From Catajapyx aquilonaris (lineage: Eukaryota): a stretch of 43,829 nt of DNA. Below, piece by piece: positions 33,575-43,829 of this stretch. The position numbers and the translations under genes are program-made. Under the pieces are notes generated by a model. It made no database searches and was not told the origin of the DNA. It saw only the letters and a program-made list of their open reading frames with translations. Position 1 is the first letter of the stretch. Each line of letters opens with the position of its first letter. The stretch covers positions 1-43,829 of the forward strand of contig KZ538863.1 in NCBI GenBank assembly GCA_000934665.2, written 5' to 3'.

Positions 33575-34370
33575 GAACCGTGACTTTGAGGGGCTCTAAA
33601 GATATTGACTGCTATTACGATGAGAGCTAGAAAAATATCATTATATTATAATAATATTAGACAATTTATGTAAGAGGTTATCATATAACCTCGTACATAA
33701 TTATCTAATTTTGTCGGCTAATATTTAACTTCAATTATTGACAAAGTCGTCATTTTAAAAATCGATTATTTATTCATAAAAAGCTAAAATTTAAAAAACC
33801 GACGCAGTAAGAGTAAATCAATTAGAATAAAATAAACGTCGATTGAAATAATTAATAATTAATTAATGTGTCTTTAAAAATAAATCAACGTACTAATTAA
33901 TCAACAATGAAGGAATAAATTGATGGATAAATTCCAAGTTAAAGGCGCGAAATTAATAGGTTCCATCAATATTACATCAGTGGTCATTTTAAAAATTAAA
34001 GCAATTATTATTCCGAATGGAGACATGTTACAATTATATATTTTATGTTTGTTTTATACTCATTATTTTTATATACTTATATATTTTATATATTTATAAT
34101 AGCGAACAGTTCCTGTGACACACTTTATACATGCCCATAAAAAAAATATGAAAACCTTTTCTCCAGGGCAAATCTTTTGCAACGGACATTTTTTTTTAAT
34201 TGCAATCACTTATTGGCGATCCCGTAAAATTGCGTGGGTAAATCGTGCATTACACGCACACAGCACACATACCTGGTTCACATACGTTTTTATAAAACAC
34301 TTGTTGCCATTCCCACCCACCTTTTCCTCCTCTTCCAAGACAATTACCCAATTTTTTTTCTTCCTCTCTC

Positions 34371-34373
<3 letters not shown>

Positions 34374-34416
<43 letters not shown>
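34374..34416. repeat. (CT)n microsatellite
   Basis: A perfect dinucleotide run. Confidence 0.95.
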
Positions 34417-34419
<3 letters not shown>

Positions 34420-35218
34420 ATTGCGATTTGCAAGTGCAAAAAACCGTGACGCTAACAATGCTTCAACATGCCTCCAACACAAAACCACACTGCATTTATA
34501 CAAGAAAATGTGTGAAAGTTGTTCACTCCAGCAACCGCTTGTGTGTAAAATAAGTGCGGATTGTTCACCCCAGCAACAATAGTTTCAGCTCATATTGCAA
34601 CGATTTTGGTCATCTGCGTTCTGGGTTGTTTTTTTTTTTGCAATAATCTTATAGTGCATGTACAGAAATGGAAACGAGTAACTAGGACACAAGGAAGCTG
34701 GCCTCTGAGAACTTGCAATTAAAAAAAAAAAAGTAATAGAAAAAAGTGAAAAAAAATGTAAAGAGGGGAAAGCACTTTCACCCAGCTGCACTGCGCGGAT
34801 GTACAGGGTGAGAGGCACTCCCTTTTTAAAGGGACACACACACACACACAGAAATTGGGATATGATTATGTACGGAGCTTTCTCCGCCCTTGGCCACAAC
34901 CATGCCCACTTATTATTCACCTTCTCCGAAATCACGAAGAATATAAAAGGGGCATGGCAGGGGGGGCGGGGTGGAGGGGGGGTGTAAGGGGCGGACAAAT
35001 TTTTATGTATATAAAAAAAATAATCATATGAAAATGACAGATAAGACAAAAGGAATGGGGAAATGGCCAATTCTTCCGGGGTTAAGACTGTCCTAAGGGG
35101 GGGCTGTCACACGAGAGTTTCTAAAGACAAATCAAAAACCTGGCTCCACCCTCTTCAACTTGGCTGTCCGTTGCCATGGACAAACAAACAAACAAACACA
35201 GACAAACACACCCAAACA

Positions 35219-35579
35219 AGGGAGCATATACTACATAAGAGGCGCAAACTTCTGTCGCCGCCTTTGATGTTCGCGTCTCTCTGTTTGGGGCCGTTGCCAA
35301 GGCTGGCGGCCATATTGAAGTGTGGGGAACGCCAACGAGGTATAAATAGGGTGCAGGCACAAATAGGGTCAGCCATCTTTGATGGTTTTGGCGGCCATGG
35401 CAACCACACGGCAAGAACACGCGCGAATCAAAGATGGCGGACCAAATATTTGCCTGTACCCTATTTATACCTCGTTGGCGTTCCCCACACTTCAAGGTGG
35501 CCGCCAGCCTTGGCAACGCCCCAAACAGAGAGACGTGGAAATCGAATGTTTGCGCCTCTTATGTAGTATATGCTCCCTG
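35219..35579. mobile_element. Fold-back MITE family A, copy 2
   Basis: Collinear with 3679-4029 and flanked by the direct repeat CCCAAAC(A) at 35211-35218 and 35580-35587. It lies ~190 bp upstream of the mucin-like ATG. Confidence 0.88.
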
Positions 35580-35772
35580 CCCAAACAGACAAACAAACAA
35601 ACAAGGATGGTAACCCAGTCGTTAAGGTAACCCGTTGCCATGGATAAACAAACAAACAAACTTTCCCTTATAAGGTTACTTACTGTGTAAGAGAAAAGAA
35701 AGATATATACTTACAAGTACATTATTTTCATGTGTAATGTGCTCATTGCAGCCGTGAGCAGGAGTGATTGAG

Positions 35773-38700
35773 ATGGGTTGGTGGTTGGTGCTGACCTTGA
35801 CGTTGGCGTCGTTGGCGTCGTCGGCGTCGTCGATACAGACTGACCCCAGTTGGCGTCCAGTGAGCGGCAACCAGAGGCTTCGAATAAGGCAGATCCCTCA
35901 TCCGAAAGCGACGCCGACGACGGCCAACAACCTGGCAGTGTTCGTGCATCATAAGCTGTGGGGCGGGGCGTCCAACCCGGCGACGCCCCCGACGTCGCCT
36001 CAACTGGCGGCTGTGTTGCGAAAAGTGACGTCCCAGAGGCTGCTGCCACTCTTCAATGAGACCAGAGGCTTCAGGAAGATACCTCCCGACGTCTTCCTGG
36101 CGCCGGTACACCTTCCGCCGCCGACTGGATTCCTCAGGTTACCTCTGCCGCTTCTGCGTGACTTCGACGTCGCGTCGTCGTCGCTCGGACCCAAGAAGGC
36201 GCATCCGCCTGTGTTCCTAGCGCCGTCCAGGGCGCCGCCGCCGCCTGGGTTCGCCCGATTCCCACTCTCGCCTCCTGCGCCCAACCCATCGACGCCGGCG
36301 CCTGTCGTCTTCAACCCACGACCGCCGCCGCTGCTGCCACCCAACATCCCTGTGGTCGACGCCAGCCGACGCCCCCAGTCACTCTTCTTCACCCCAGCGA
36401 CGCCCAGGCCCCCACACATCTTCCCGTCCTTCTTCACACCCCCGCCATTCACCATCTCCTTCCCGCCACCTCCACAAACATTCACCACCACAACCTCAAG
36501 AAGACCAACGACAACGACCACCCAAAGGACCACCACGGTCACCAAGAAGCCAACGACCAAAGTCACCAAGCCACCACCGGCACCCACCGGATTCCCAGGT
36601 ATATCACGTCAACCGAGTGCGCACCCACATTCGCGCAGCTCCATTGTGCTGCGCTAATGTGGGTGCGCACTTGGTTGAGCTCGTAAAAAGTAAACCTAAC
36701 TTGACACTAGTAGCTGACTCGTTGCCAAATTCTGGCAACACTGCTTGCACCCCCCCCCCCCNNNNNNNNNNNNNNNNNNNNNNNNNNNNNNNNNNNNNNN
36801 NNNNNNNNNNNNNNNNNNNNNNNNNNNNNNNNNNNNNNNNNNNNNNNNNNNNNNNNNNNNNNNNCGGCGGCGGCGGTGTTACCTGGCAACCCTGTCCGGC
36901 GGGCCAATTCAAACACCAGCACATGGAGAGCGCTTCCATTGTTGCCACTGTTTACAAATCGAGTGAGTGAGTGCGCAGGCAGAAGAGACCCGTCGCTGGG
37001 TCGTCCGCGTCACTCACTCGATTTGTAAACAGTGGCAACAATGGAAGCGCTTTCCATGGTCTGATGTTTGAATTGGCCCGCCGGACAGGGTTGCCAGGTA
37101 ACGCCGCCTCCGCCGCCGCCGGAAAAAAACATTCAGCGACGGCTATTATGTCCAGCACTGTACATATAGGCGCATGGGCTCTCCCTCTGCACACTACTGC
37201 CGTGATAGGGGGAAAGGAGTACTACATGCACGTTGGTGATGAGTCACTGCGCGGACAAAACTCACTAGGGTGTCCCGCCCCCGTTTAAGTTGGTCCCACC
37301 CTCTCTGACCGCTGCATGTCCTCCAATTGTTGAACGGGCAATGTGAAAAACTATATGGTTACTACTTTACAGTCCGTTAAACGAAAGAACGATCTGACGT
37401 CATACCAGCCGTCTTTTCTGAGCATGCGCAGTAGCGATTCTGGAACATGATTGGATGGAAGAGGCGGTTGGAGGCGGGGCTGAACGTGACGTCATATCGT
37501 TCTTTCGCTTAATGGACACGGACATATAAGCGGACGGAGAGAATAAGGAGGTTGGTAGTATGATTGTCCAAAACTTTTTGTGCGGTATAGTACACATCCA
37601 ATGGCCTTTCAGGATTCCGATTGGTGGCGACCCCTGGTTTGGACCTGGCGTCGACTCCGGACGCGGCGTCGTTCCTGAGGGGCGTCCTGCCAGAGGGCGC
37701 CGTGGTTGAAAGCATCGTGCCGCTGAGAGGCGGCGGGGCGGGTGGCGTCGTCGACGTCGCCGGCGGAACATCGAAGAAGGTGATCGAGACGACGCTGGGC
37801 GCCGATCTTCAAACGGTGGTTCAGACAATCCTGAGGGGCGGAGGAAGCATACAGGGACCGAGCGGAAAAGGGACGGAGCTGGAGCTTCTGACGGCCAAGG
37901 GGGGCGCCCTGCCCCTGGGCAAACACAACGACTCCGAGTCCGCCCCGGTGCTGTGGGCGCCGGTGTGGCAGCAGGCGTTGGTGCCACAGAAGGTGACGAC
38001 AACGACGTTCAAGCCTCCATTCCCGTTCAGACACTCCTCCAGAAAACCGGTGCCGTACCAGAAGCCGTTGGGACACACGACGCCGACGCCCTCGACGTCG
38101 CCGGTGCCCACTAGACCGCCGATATACAGGCTGCCGTTGGACCAGGAGTTGGAACTGCAGAAGACAACGACGGAACTGCCGGTTCCTAAGGGAAAGTTGA
38201 TAGGAACGACGCAGAGGACGCCAAAGCCGACGATGCAGCCCAAGACGCGACGCCCGATTCCGACTGAAGCGACGGGCGCCGTCGTGTTTACGCCTGATGA
38301 CGACGTGGTGGTGATGCCGCAAGGGGAGGTACTCCCGGAGACGCTCTTCCCTGGGGCGACCACGACGCCATCGACGCCTACCACACCACTCCCTTCATAC
38401 AGAAGCCCGATAACCAAGAAGTCGTCAGTCAGGGGGTTCTATGTCACCAAGACGCCTCCGACGCCGACGACGAAACCGCAACAGGCCGACGACGATAACG
38501 ACACAGACTGGGGACAAAAGCTGGGTTCACGCAATCAGCTGGTACCATCCACTACGGTACGGCCGACAACCAACAAGCATGTACCGCCACCATGGCGACG
38601 CCTCCGACGCCCCAAGCCTACCACCGAGACAACGACGGTTAGGTACGAGGTGACGACCCCGACACCGACGACGCTTCCGACTGCATCTAGCGAGGAAGCT

Positions 38701-39168
38701 GATGTCTACTTGGTACCGGTGACGTCAACAGTCGCAACGTCGACGTCAACCGAGGCGTCGTCGTCGCAACCTCCAAGGCAAAGAGGCGTCAGGAAGAGGT
38801 TGAGGCTCAGGAAGCGGGGACGCCGACGACGCCTCCAGGGCGCACTTAGGACCTCGACGGGTGCGGAGTTGTCCAGCGCCGAGTCGCAGCTGCTGGAGAC
38901 GTCCAGGGAACGGAACGACGCCCTCGACGTCGTCGTGGAGGAGACCGGGAAGGGAGACGCCACAGCGTCTGGACCACGCGGACGTCGAAGACGAGTGAAA
39001 GGCAGGCGAAGGACGACGACGACGACTCCATCGCCGTCCACCGAAGTCAGCGTCGTCACCGCCTTCGGGACCGACCAGCCCGACGTCGTGGGCGTCTCCA
39101 CCGCCACCGAAGTGTCCGTCGCTCGCCAGACCCGCATCTGCTTCATGGGCCGCTGTGTCACGAACTAA
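35773..39168 (+). CDS. Secreted Pro/Thr-rich (mucin-like) protein of unknown family, ~793 aa, 2 visible exons
   Basis: join(35773-36598, 37613-39168): donor CCAG/gtatat and acceptor ctttcag/GA are both phase 1. The signal peptide MGWWLVLTLTLASLASSASS is followed by Pro/Phe-rich and then Thr-rich tracts, in GC-rich long ORFs. An assembly gap lies inside the intron. Confidence 0.8.
36865..37160. mobile_element. Fold-back MITE family B (Tc1-like CAGTG/CACTG ends, TA target), copy 1; left end in gap
   Basis: Long inverted arms surround a spacer near 36972-37008. The right end is ...TATGTCCAGCACTG followed by TA. Confidence 0.85.
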
Positions 39169-39357
39169 CTGAATGAAACCTGTGATCCCGAGTGAGCCAG
39201 TGACTCATATACGAATGGTGACAAAGACGCTATAGTGACAATGCGATTTTATACAGTACCGTAAATGAGCTTAATCACAACGAAAAATGGTCGCCTCAGG
39301 GTTATAACGACGCTGCTAGTGGCAGCAAAATTTCTTGGCCGATGTTGGGCTCATTTA

Positions 39358-39730
39358 CACACATTCGAGTGAACTGGACCTGGTCTAGAACCCGGTTCAC
39401 TATGGGTTGGCAATAGTGAGACTGCAACCTTAGCTTACGTTGCGTTGCGCTACGTTGCGTTACCTACCTTACATATAACATTACGTTACGGTGCGTTGCG
39501 CTACGTTTCGTTTCGTTTCGTTTCGTTTCGTTACCTACGTTTCGTTTCGTTGCGTTACCTACCTTACCTATAACATTACGTTACGTTACGGTGCGTTTCG
39601 CTACGTTTCGTTTCGTTACCAACGTTACGTTGCGTTAAGTTACCTACCTTACCTATAACCTTACGTTACGTTACTTAACCTTACGTTACCTTACCTAACC
39701 TAGATCGAGTCCAGTTCACTCGGATGTGTG
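39358..39730. mobile_element. TIR element (CAC...GTG, TA flanks) carrying a (CGTTN)n pentamer array
   Basis: TIRs are CACACATTCGAGTGAACTGGAC and GTCCAGTTCACTCGGATGTGTG, with TA on both sides. Internal CGTTA/CGTTT/CGTTG/CCTTA pentamers span about 39435-39700. Confidence 0.75.
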
Positions 39731-40469
39731 TAATTGTTGAGCTAATTCGCACCTTATTTTGTGTATAAAAGAGTGTCATATTTTGTACAAATAATATAGT
39801 GTTTTGTATGAGTGTTCAAAGTAAATAAATAGTTTTAAAACAACAAGTAGCCCATGAACCACCTGTAGGTTGTCTGTGCAACTGTAGATGATTTTCTTAA
39901 GCGTGACCGAGTGCGCAGACACATTCGCGCAGCTCCGTTGTTTCTGACAACAACGATGCCAAAGTTGCTCCCCGTAGCTGCTGAGGTTCCGTTCCAGAGT
40001 CTTGGCAACGTCGGTCATTTTGTTTCTCAGCAAGCGTAGCGTTGGAAATAAGTGCACCCGAACAGAGAGCTTAGATATCATAGATAGTTCCAACCCTGCA
40101 AGATGCGCGAATTGTGGTGCGCACTCGGTTGCGCTCGTTAAAAAACTACACCACGTTTCGACCGCGTCTCGACCGCGTCGCGCGCCTCCAGGTGCTACTG
40201 TTATCAGCAGTGTAATGTCCCTTGGCCTGATCGTAAAAATTGGATCGGTAGCTGTGGAACTAGGAGGGGTGAATAAATTGATTTCCACCTTAGCTATCGA
40301 TTGAACCTGTAACAATACAGAAGGGAAGGGAGGGAGGTCAAACCTTGACCTTTAGCACGTGGAGACGTCGAGCAAGTGTTTCGATCCAGAAGAGTGACCT
40401 CTCAACTACCAGTTTACATCTCATGTTAAGACGTGGGTTATTCACTAAGGGTACTGCACGTTCAGTAGG

Positions 40470-40625
40470 AGTCCCAGGGTAGTACCAGGGAAGTCCCAGG
40501 GAAGTCCCAGGGAAGTCCCAGGGAAGTCCCAGGGTAGTACCAGGGAAGTACCAGGGAAGTACCAGGGTAGTACCAGGGTAGTACCAGGGAAGTCCCAGGG
40601 TAGTCTCAGGTTAGTCTCCTGGGTA
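40470..40625. repeat. 11-bp minisatellite (GTCCCAGGGAA / GTACCAGGGTA)
   Basis: About 13 tandem units, decaying at the 3' end. Confidence 0.85.
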
Positions 40626-42460
40626 ATCCTTTGTAAGTGAATAATCCCTCATTAAGACCACACTTGTGACTGTTGCTTCTTTTTGAACTAGGTTGCTGGT
40701 CTGAACAATCCTCATGTTGTATCCAGCTTGTGATTAGAAGCAAAATGAGTGGTCAGAGCAACCGACGAGGGCGGGAACAACAAGGGAAAGGCTTGAAGGG
40801 CGGAAGGAGGCGGGGGTGGGGAGGGATAGAAGAGAGGAGGGGGTGAGGGTGAAGAGGAGGAAGATGCGCTGTTCCGACATCAGTTGGACTAGTGGTCAGG
40901 TCGGAGGCGTCGTCGACGTCGGCGGGAGAAATGGAGCCGGACAACCTGTGATTTTTTTTTCGGTGGGGGCAGGGGGTGGCGATGCCCAGCGTCGCCGACG
41001 TCGCCGGGTCAGTAATATTCCTTCTACTTGGGAGGTCCTTGTGGTGGGGGGGTGCCGGCTATAGCCAAGTGACCTTTGACCCTCGGATGGCGCCTGACTG
41101 GAGATAAAAAGATTCACTGCAATAATCTAGTATCGCTCACGCCCTAATTTTTCACACCCTTTCGCGCTTGTCCGAGATAAATAGACAGGGTCAACTACCC
41201 AGCAACAATAGGAGCCTTAAAATGTCCAAAGTGCATACGCGTTCGAAACGCGGTCCAGACGCGGTCAGGTACTTTACTGCATGGAAATGACAATACATGT
41301 TACACATTTCGGGTCTGCCATTTCACAGCACAATATTTAGACGCGGTCGAGACGCCTCATACGATGTTAAGTAATGCACCACCTGACATTTGACACTCGA
41401 TCGAGCCACGTGGGGCGGCATACACGTTGTGACATTCATGCGATATGCGATACACCCGGTATGTAAACACGGAAGCACATACTTCATGAAATGCGATACC
41501 TACCGACGACCGCGGAGCACGTACAGACTCTCATTGATGCCATTTTTTTGTGTGTGTCAAACAGTCGGTTAGGCATGTGTGATATGTTTCTCCAGCCAAA
41601 ACTGTAGGTAAACTGTTGGCAACACCAACACAGATGGCGCATCTGCAACACGACTGATGACTCACCGCGGACAAACTCGAACCGAAACCATTTATAGGCT
41701 TACTATAGTAGTGAACACGTTGCGAAAATGTGGCAACACTGCCCTGCGCAGGATATGGACGTAGTACCGTATTTCTCACATAGATGGCGCCCTATTCACG
41801 CTATACTGACGGACAGTCACCGACCGAATCCATTTATACACCGTATACTAGAGGTGAATTTTTGTAGGAGATCAACCTAGTGCGCATCCACACTCGCGCA
41901 GCTCCATTAGTTCCCACCATAACTAAGTTGCCATAGTTATACTCACCATCGGGGCAGAATCGCGACAACGTCGCAAACGTCGGCCATCTTGTTTCCACAA
42001 GCGTAGCGTTGGTAATAAATGTACTACCCACTGGACATCGAGCTTATCATTGATCATTCCAACCCTGCAAGCTGCGCGGACTGTCGTGTGCCCTCGGTTG
42101 TGCTCGTAAAAAAATCATCTTCAGTCGCACCTAGCCAATTCTATACAGTGTAACTCGTAGCGGATCAGTTGCCAAATTTTGACAACACTGCTTGGCCCAC
42201 CCCCCAACTTGGACGTATACATGAGTTTTTTTTATAAAAAAATGAGCGCAACCAAGTTCGCTCAAATTGTTTCCAACACTACGCCCGACATGGCCGACTT
42301 TTGCGACGTTGCCAAATCTCTGGAGCGGCAACCGGTGTGAATTTGTCCCAATGTGGCAACGTTGTTGTCAACACAATGGAATTGCGCGAGTGTGGGTGCG
42401 CACTCGGTTGCGCTCGTAAATTTTTTTATTTATTTATTTATACAGTACAATTGGCAACTA

Positions 42461-42719
42461 TAATGGATACCCCGTGATAGGCCCCTTGGGCCTCTTAGGG
42501 GATCATCTTTTTGAAAACCCGACTTTAATCATTTGCCTGAAATGTGATGGATTTTGATAGTGGGAGGAAACGGGAGAACCCCGAGAAAACCCACGCGAAC
42601 ACGGAGAGAACCCATCGAAACTCTATCCACATAGGTATCCTCCGTCCGACCCGGGGATCGAACTCGGGACCTTAGAGGTGGAAGGCTGCGGCGCTAACCA
42701 CTCGGCCACCGTGTCGCCC
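42461..42719 (-). mobile_element. tRNA-derived SINE with V-domain core, copy 2
   Basis: Near-identical reverse complement of 14249-14507. A 15-bp TSD, TACAATTGGCAACTA, sits at 42446-42460 and 42721-42735. Confidence 0.9.
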
Positions 42720-43646
42720 TTACAATTGGCAACTAGTCTGCACACTACTGCCACTCTCAGGTCGAATTGCACGTTGGTGATGAGTCACTGCGCGGACAAA
42801 GTCCACCAGGGTGCTACACTACTGTCTTCTTTTAACTTGAACCTGTGAATATACACGGCTTCATGTGACTCTGTCCGCGATAGGGTGAATTTTATTCGCA
42901 TTACGAATTTTCGCAAAAAAATTTGTGCCGTGTTAGTGATTGGTTGCCGACCTAGCTCAACGACCCCCCTTGGGCCATGCAAGCATCTAGTAGTATATCT
43001 AGGCTACATTATAAGGCGAGGCCGACTAATTGCGGGCCTCCCCAAAAAACCACGCCTTGTTCTAGGCATGATCCCACTCTCTCTCCATTAGACCGCAGAC
43101 CTCGTTTCAAAAAGCCATGAATAGAGGAGGAGGCTTGCAATTAGCAGCCGGAAGTCACTTCACAAACTCTCCGTACTCTCACTGGACCCCCGTATGACGT
43201 GATGCAATGTCTGTCTGTCTGTCTGCCGGAAGCCTTTCCTCTTCTTCCTTTTTTTATATTATTATTTTAATTTAGAGAGGCTAATTTCCTGGCCTCATCA
43301 GCACACGCGTGCATGTTTTATCCAAAGGAAGGTCAGAGATGGTGTACATTCAGCTGTTCCGGTACTTTTTCCGGATGCCAGTACGCACCGGGATGTCTAG
43401 AGAAATTTTTGCTGAAAATCCGGTTATATTTTATGATTTTTTTTACGAACGCAACCGAGTGCGCACCCACACCTGCGCAAGTCCATTGCTCCGACAACTC
43501 CTCGGGTAGCCTCTAAAAGGTTCCGGAGCATTGGCAACATCGCAAAAGTCGGCCATATTGTAACCACCTCAAGCTTTAGTGTTGGAAACAATATGCGCGA
43601 ACAGCGTTGCGCACTCGGTTGCGCTAATTTAAAAGGCATTATAGTA

Positions 43647-43829
43647 CAGTGCTGGACATATTAGCCGTCGCTGAATGTTTTTTTCCGGCGGCGGCGGCGG
43701 CCGCGTTACCTGGCAACCCTGTCCGGCGGGCCAATTCAAACATCAGCCCATGGAGAGCGCTTCCATTGTTGCCACTGTTTACAAATCGAGTGAGTGAGTG
43801 CGCAGGCAGAAGAGACCCGTCGCTGGGTC
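43647..43829. mobile_element. Fold-back MITE family B, copy 2, truncated by window end
   Basis: It starts TA|CAGTGCTGGACATA, the reverse complement of copy 1's right end, then matches the sequence from 36865 onward. Confidence 0.85.

Larger units (their letters stand above)
39900..43630. repeat. Cluster of diverged copies of palindromic family D (CAACCGAGTGCGCACCCACA...TGTGGGTGCGCACTCGGTTGCGCTCGTAAAAA)
   Basis: Copies lie at about 39900-40145, 41870-42112, 42240-42420 and 43440-43628, with a short copy at 36609-36690. The boundaries are approximate. Confidence 0.7.

Noticed and set aside
36000..39161. Long minus-strand ORFs over the mucin-like gene
   Set aside because: These are antisense shadows of GC-rich, low-complexity Pro/Thr codons. 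The + strand has the signal peptide and compatible splice sites.
40426..40655. piggyBac-like element around the 11-bp minisatellite (TTAA...TTATTCACT / AGTGAATAA...TTAA)
   Set aside because: The inverted match is short and imperfect and lacks CCC/GGG termini next to TTAA, so support is insufficient.
1..43829. Autonomous transposase, reverse transcriptase, viral or prokaryotic defence genes
   Set aside because: I saw no ORF with DDE, RT, integrase, Rep/helicase or Cas motifs. All mobile elements here appear non-autonomous.

Overview
This is eukaryotic DNA from an invertebrate animal, probably an arthropod. It has short GT-AG introns, SINEs, MITEs and assembly gaps next to homopolymer runs. 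I found no prokaryotic features and no CRISPR array. Eight protein-coding loci can be rebuilt by splicing by eye: the last two exons of a K+-dependent Na/Ca exchanger (NCKX/SLC24, +); OSTF1 (-); three F-box/LRR paralogues (+,-,+); an intronless mitochondrial phenylalanyl-tRNA synthetase (FARS2, -); a FAM174-family membrane protein (+); and a ~793-aa secreted Pro/Thr-rich orphan protein with polybasic tracts and a terminal C-x4-C (+). Non-coding space is crowded with small mobile elements: two copies of a V-domain tRNA-SINE with clean 14-15 bp TSDs, a second tRNA-SINE, several families of fold-back MITEs, a 262-bp palindrome made of palindromes, and minisatellites. I cannot claim a wholly new biological system. 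The best candidates for novelty are the F-box/LRR cluster (including a shifted intron), the orphan secreted protein, the compact intronless FARS2, and the palindromic element families. Family assignments rest on remembered motifs, not database searches.
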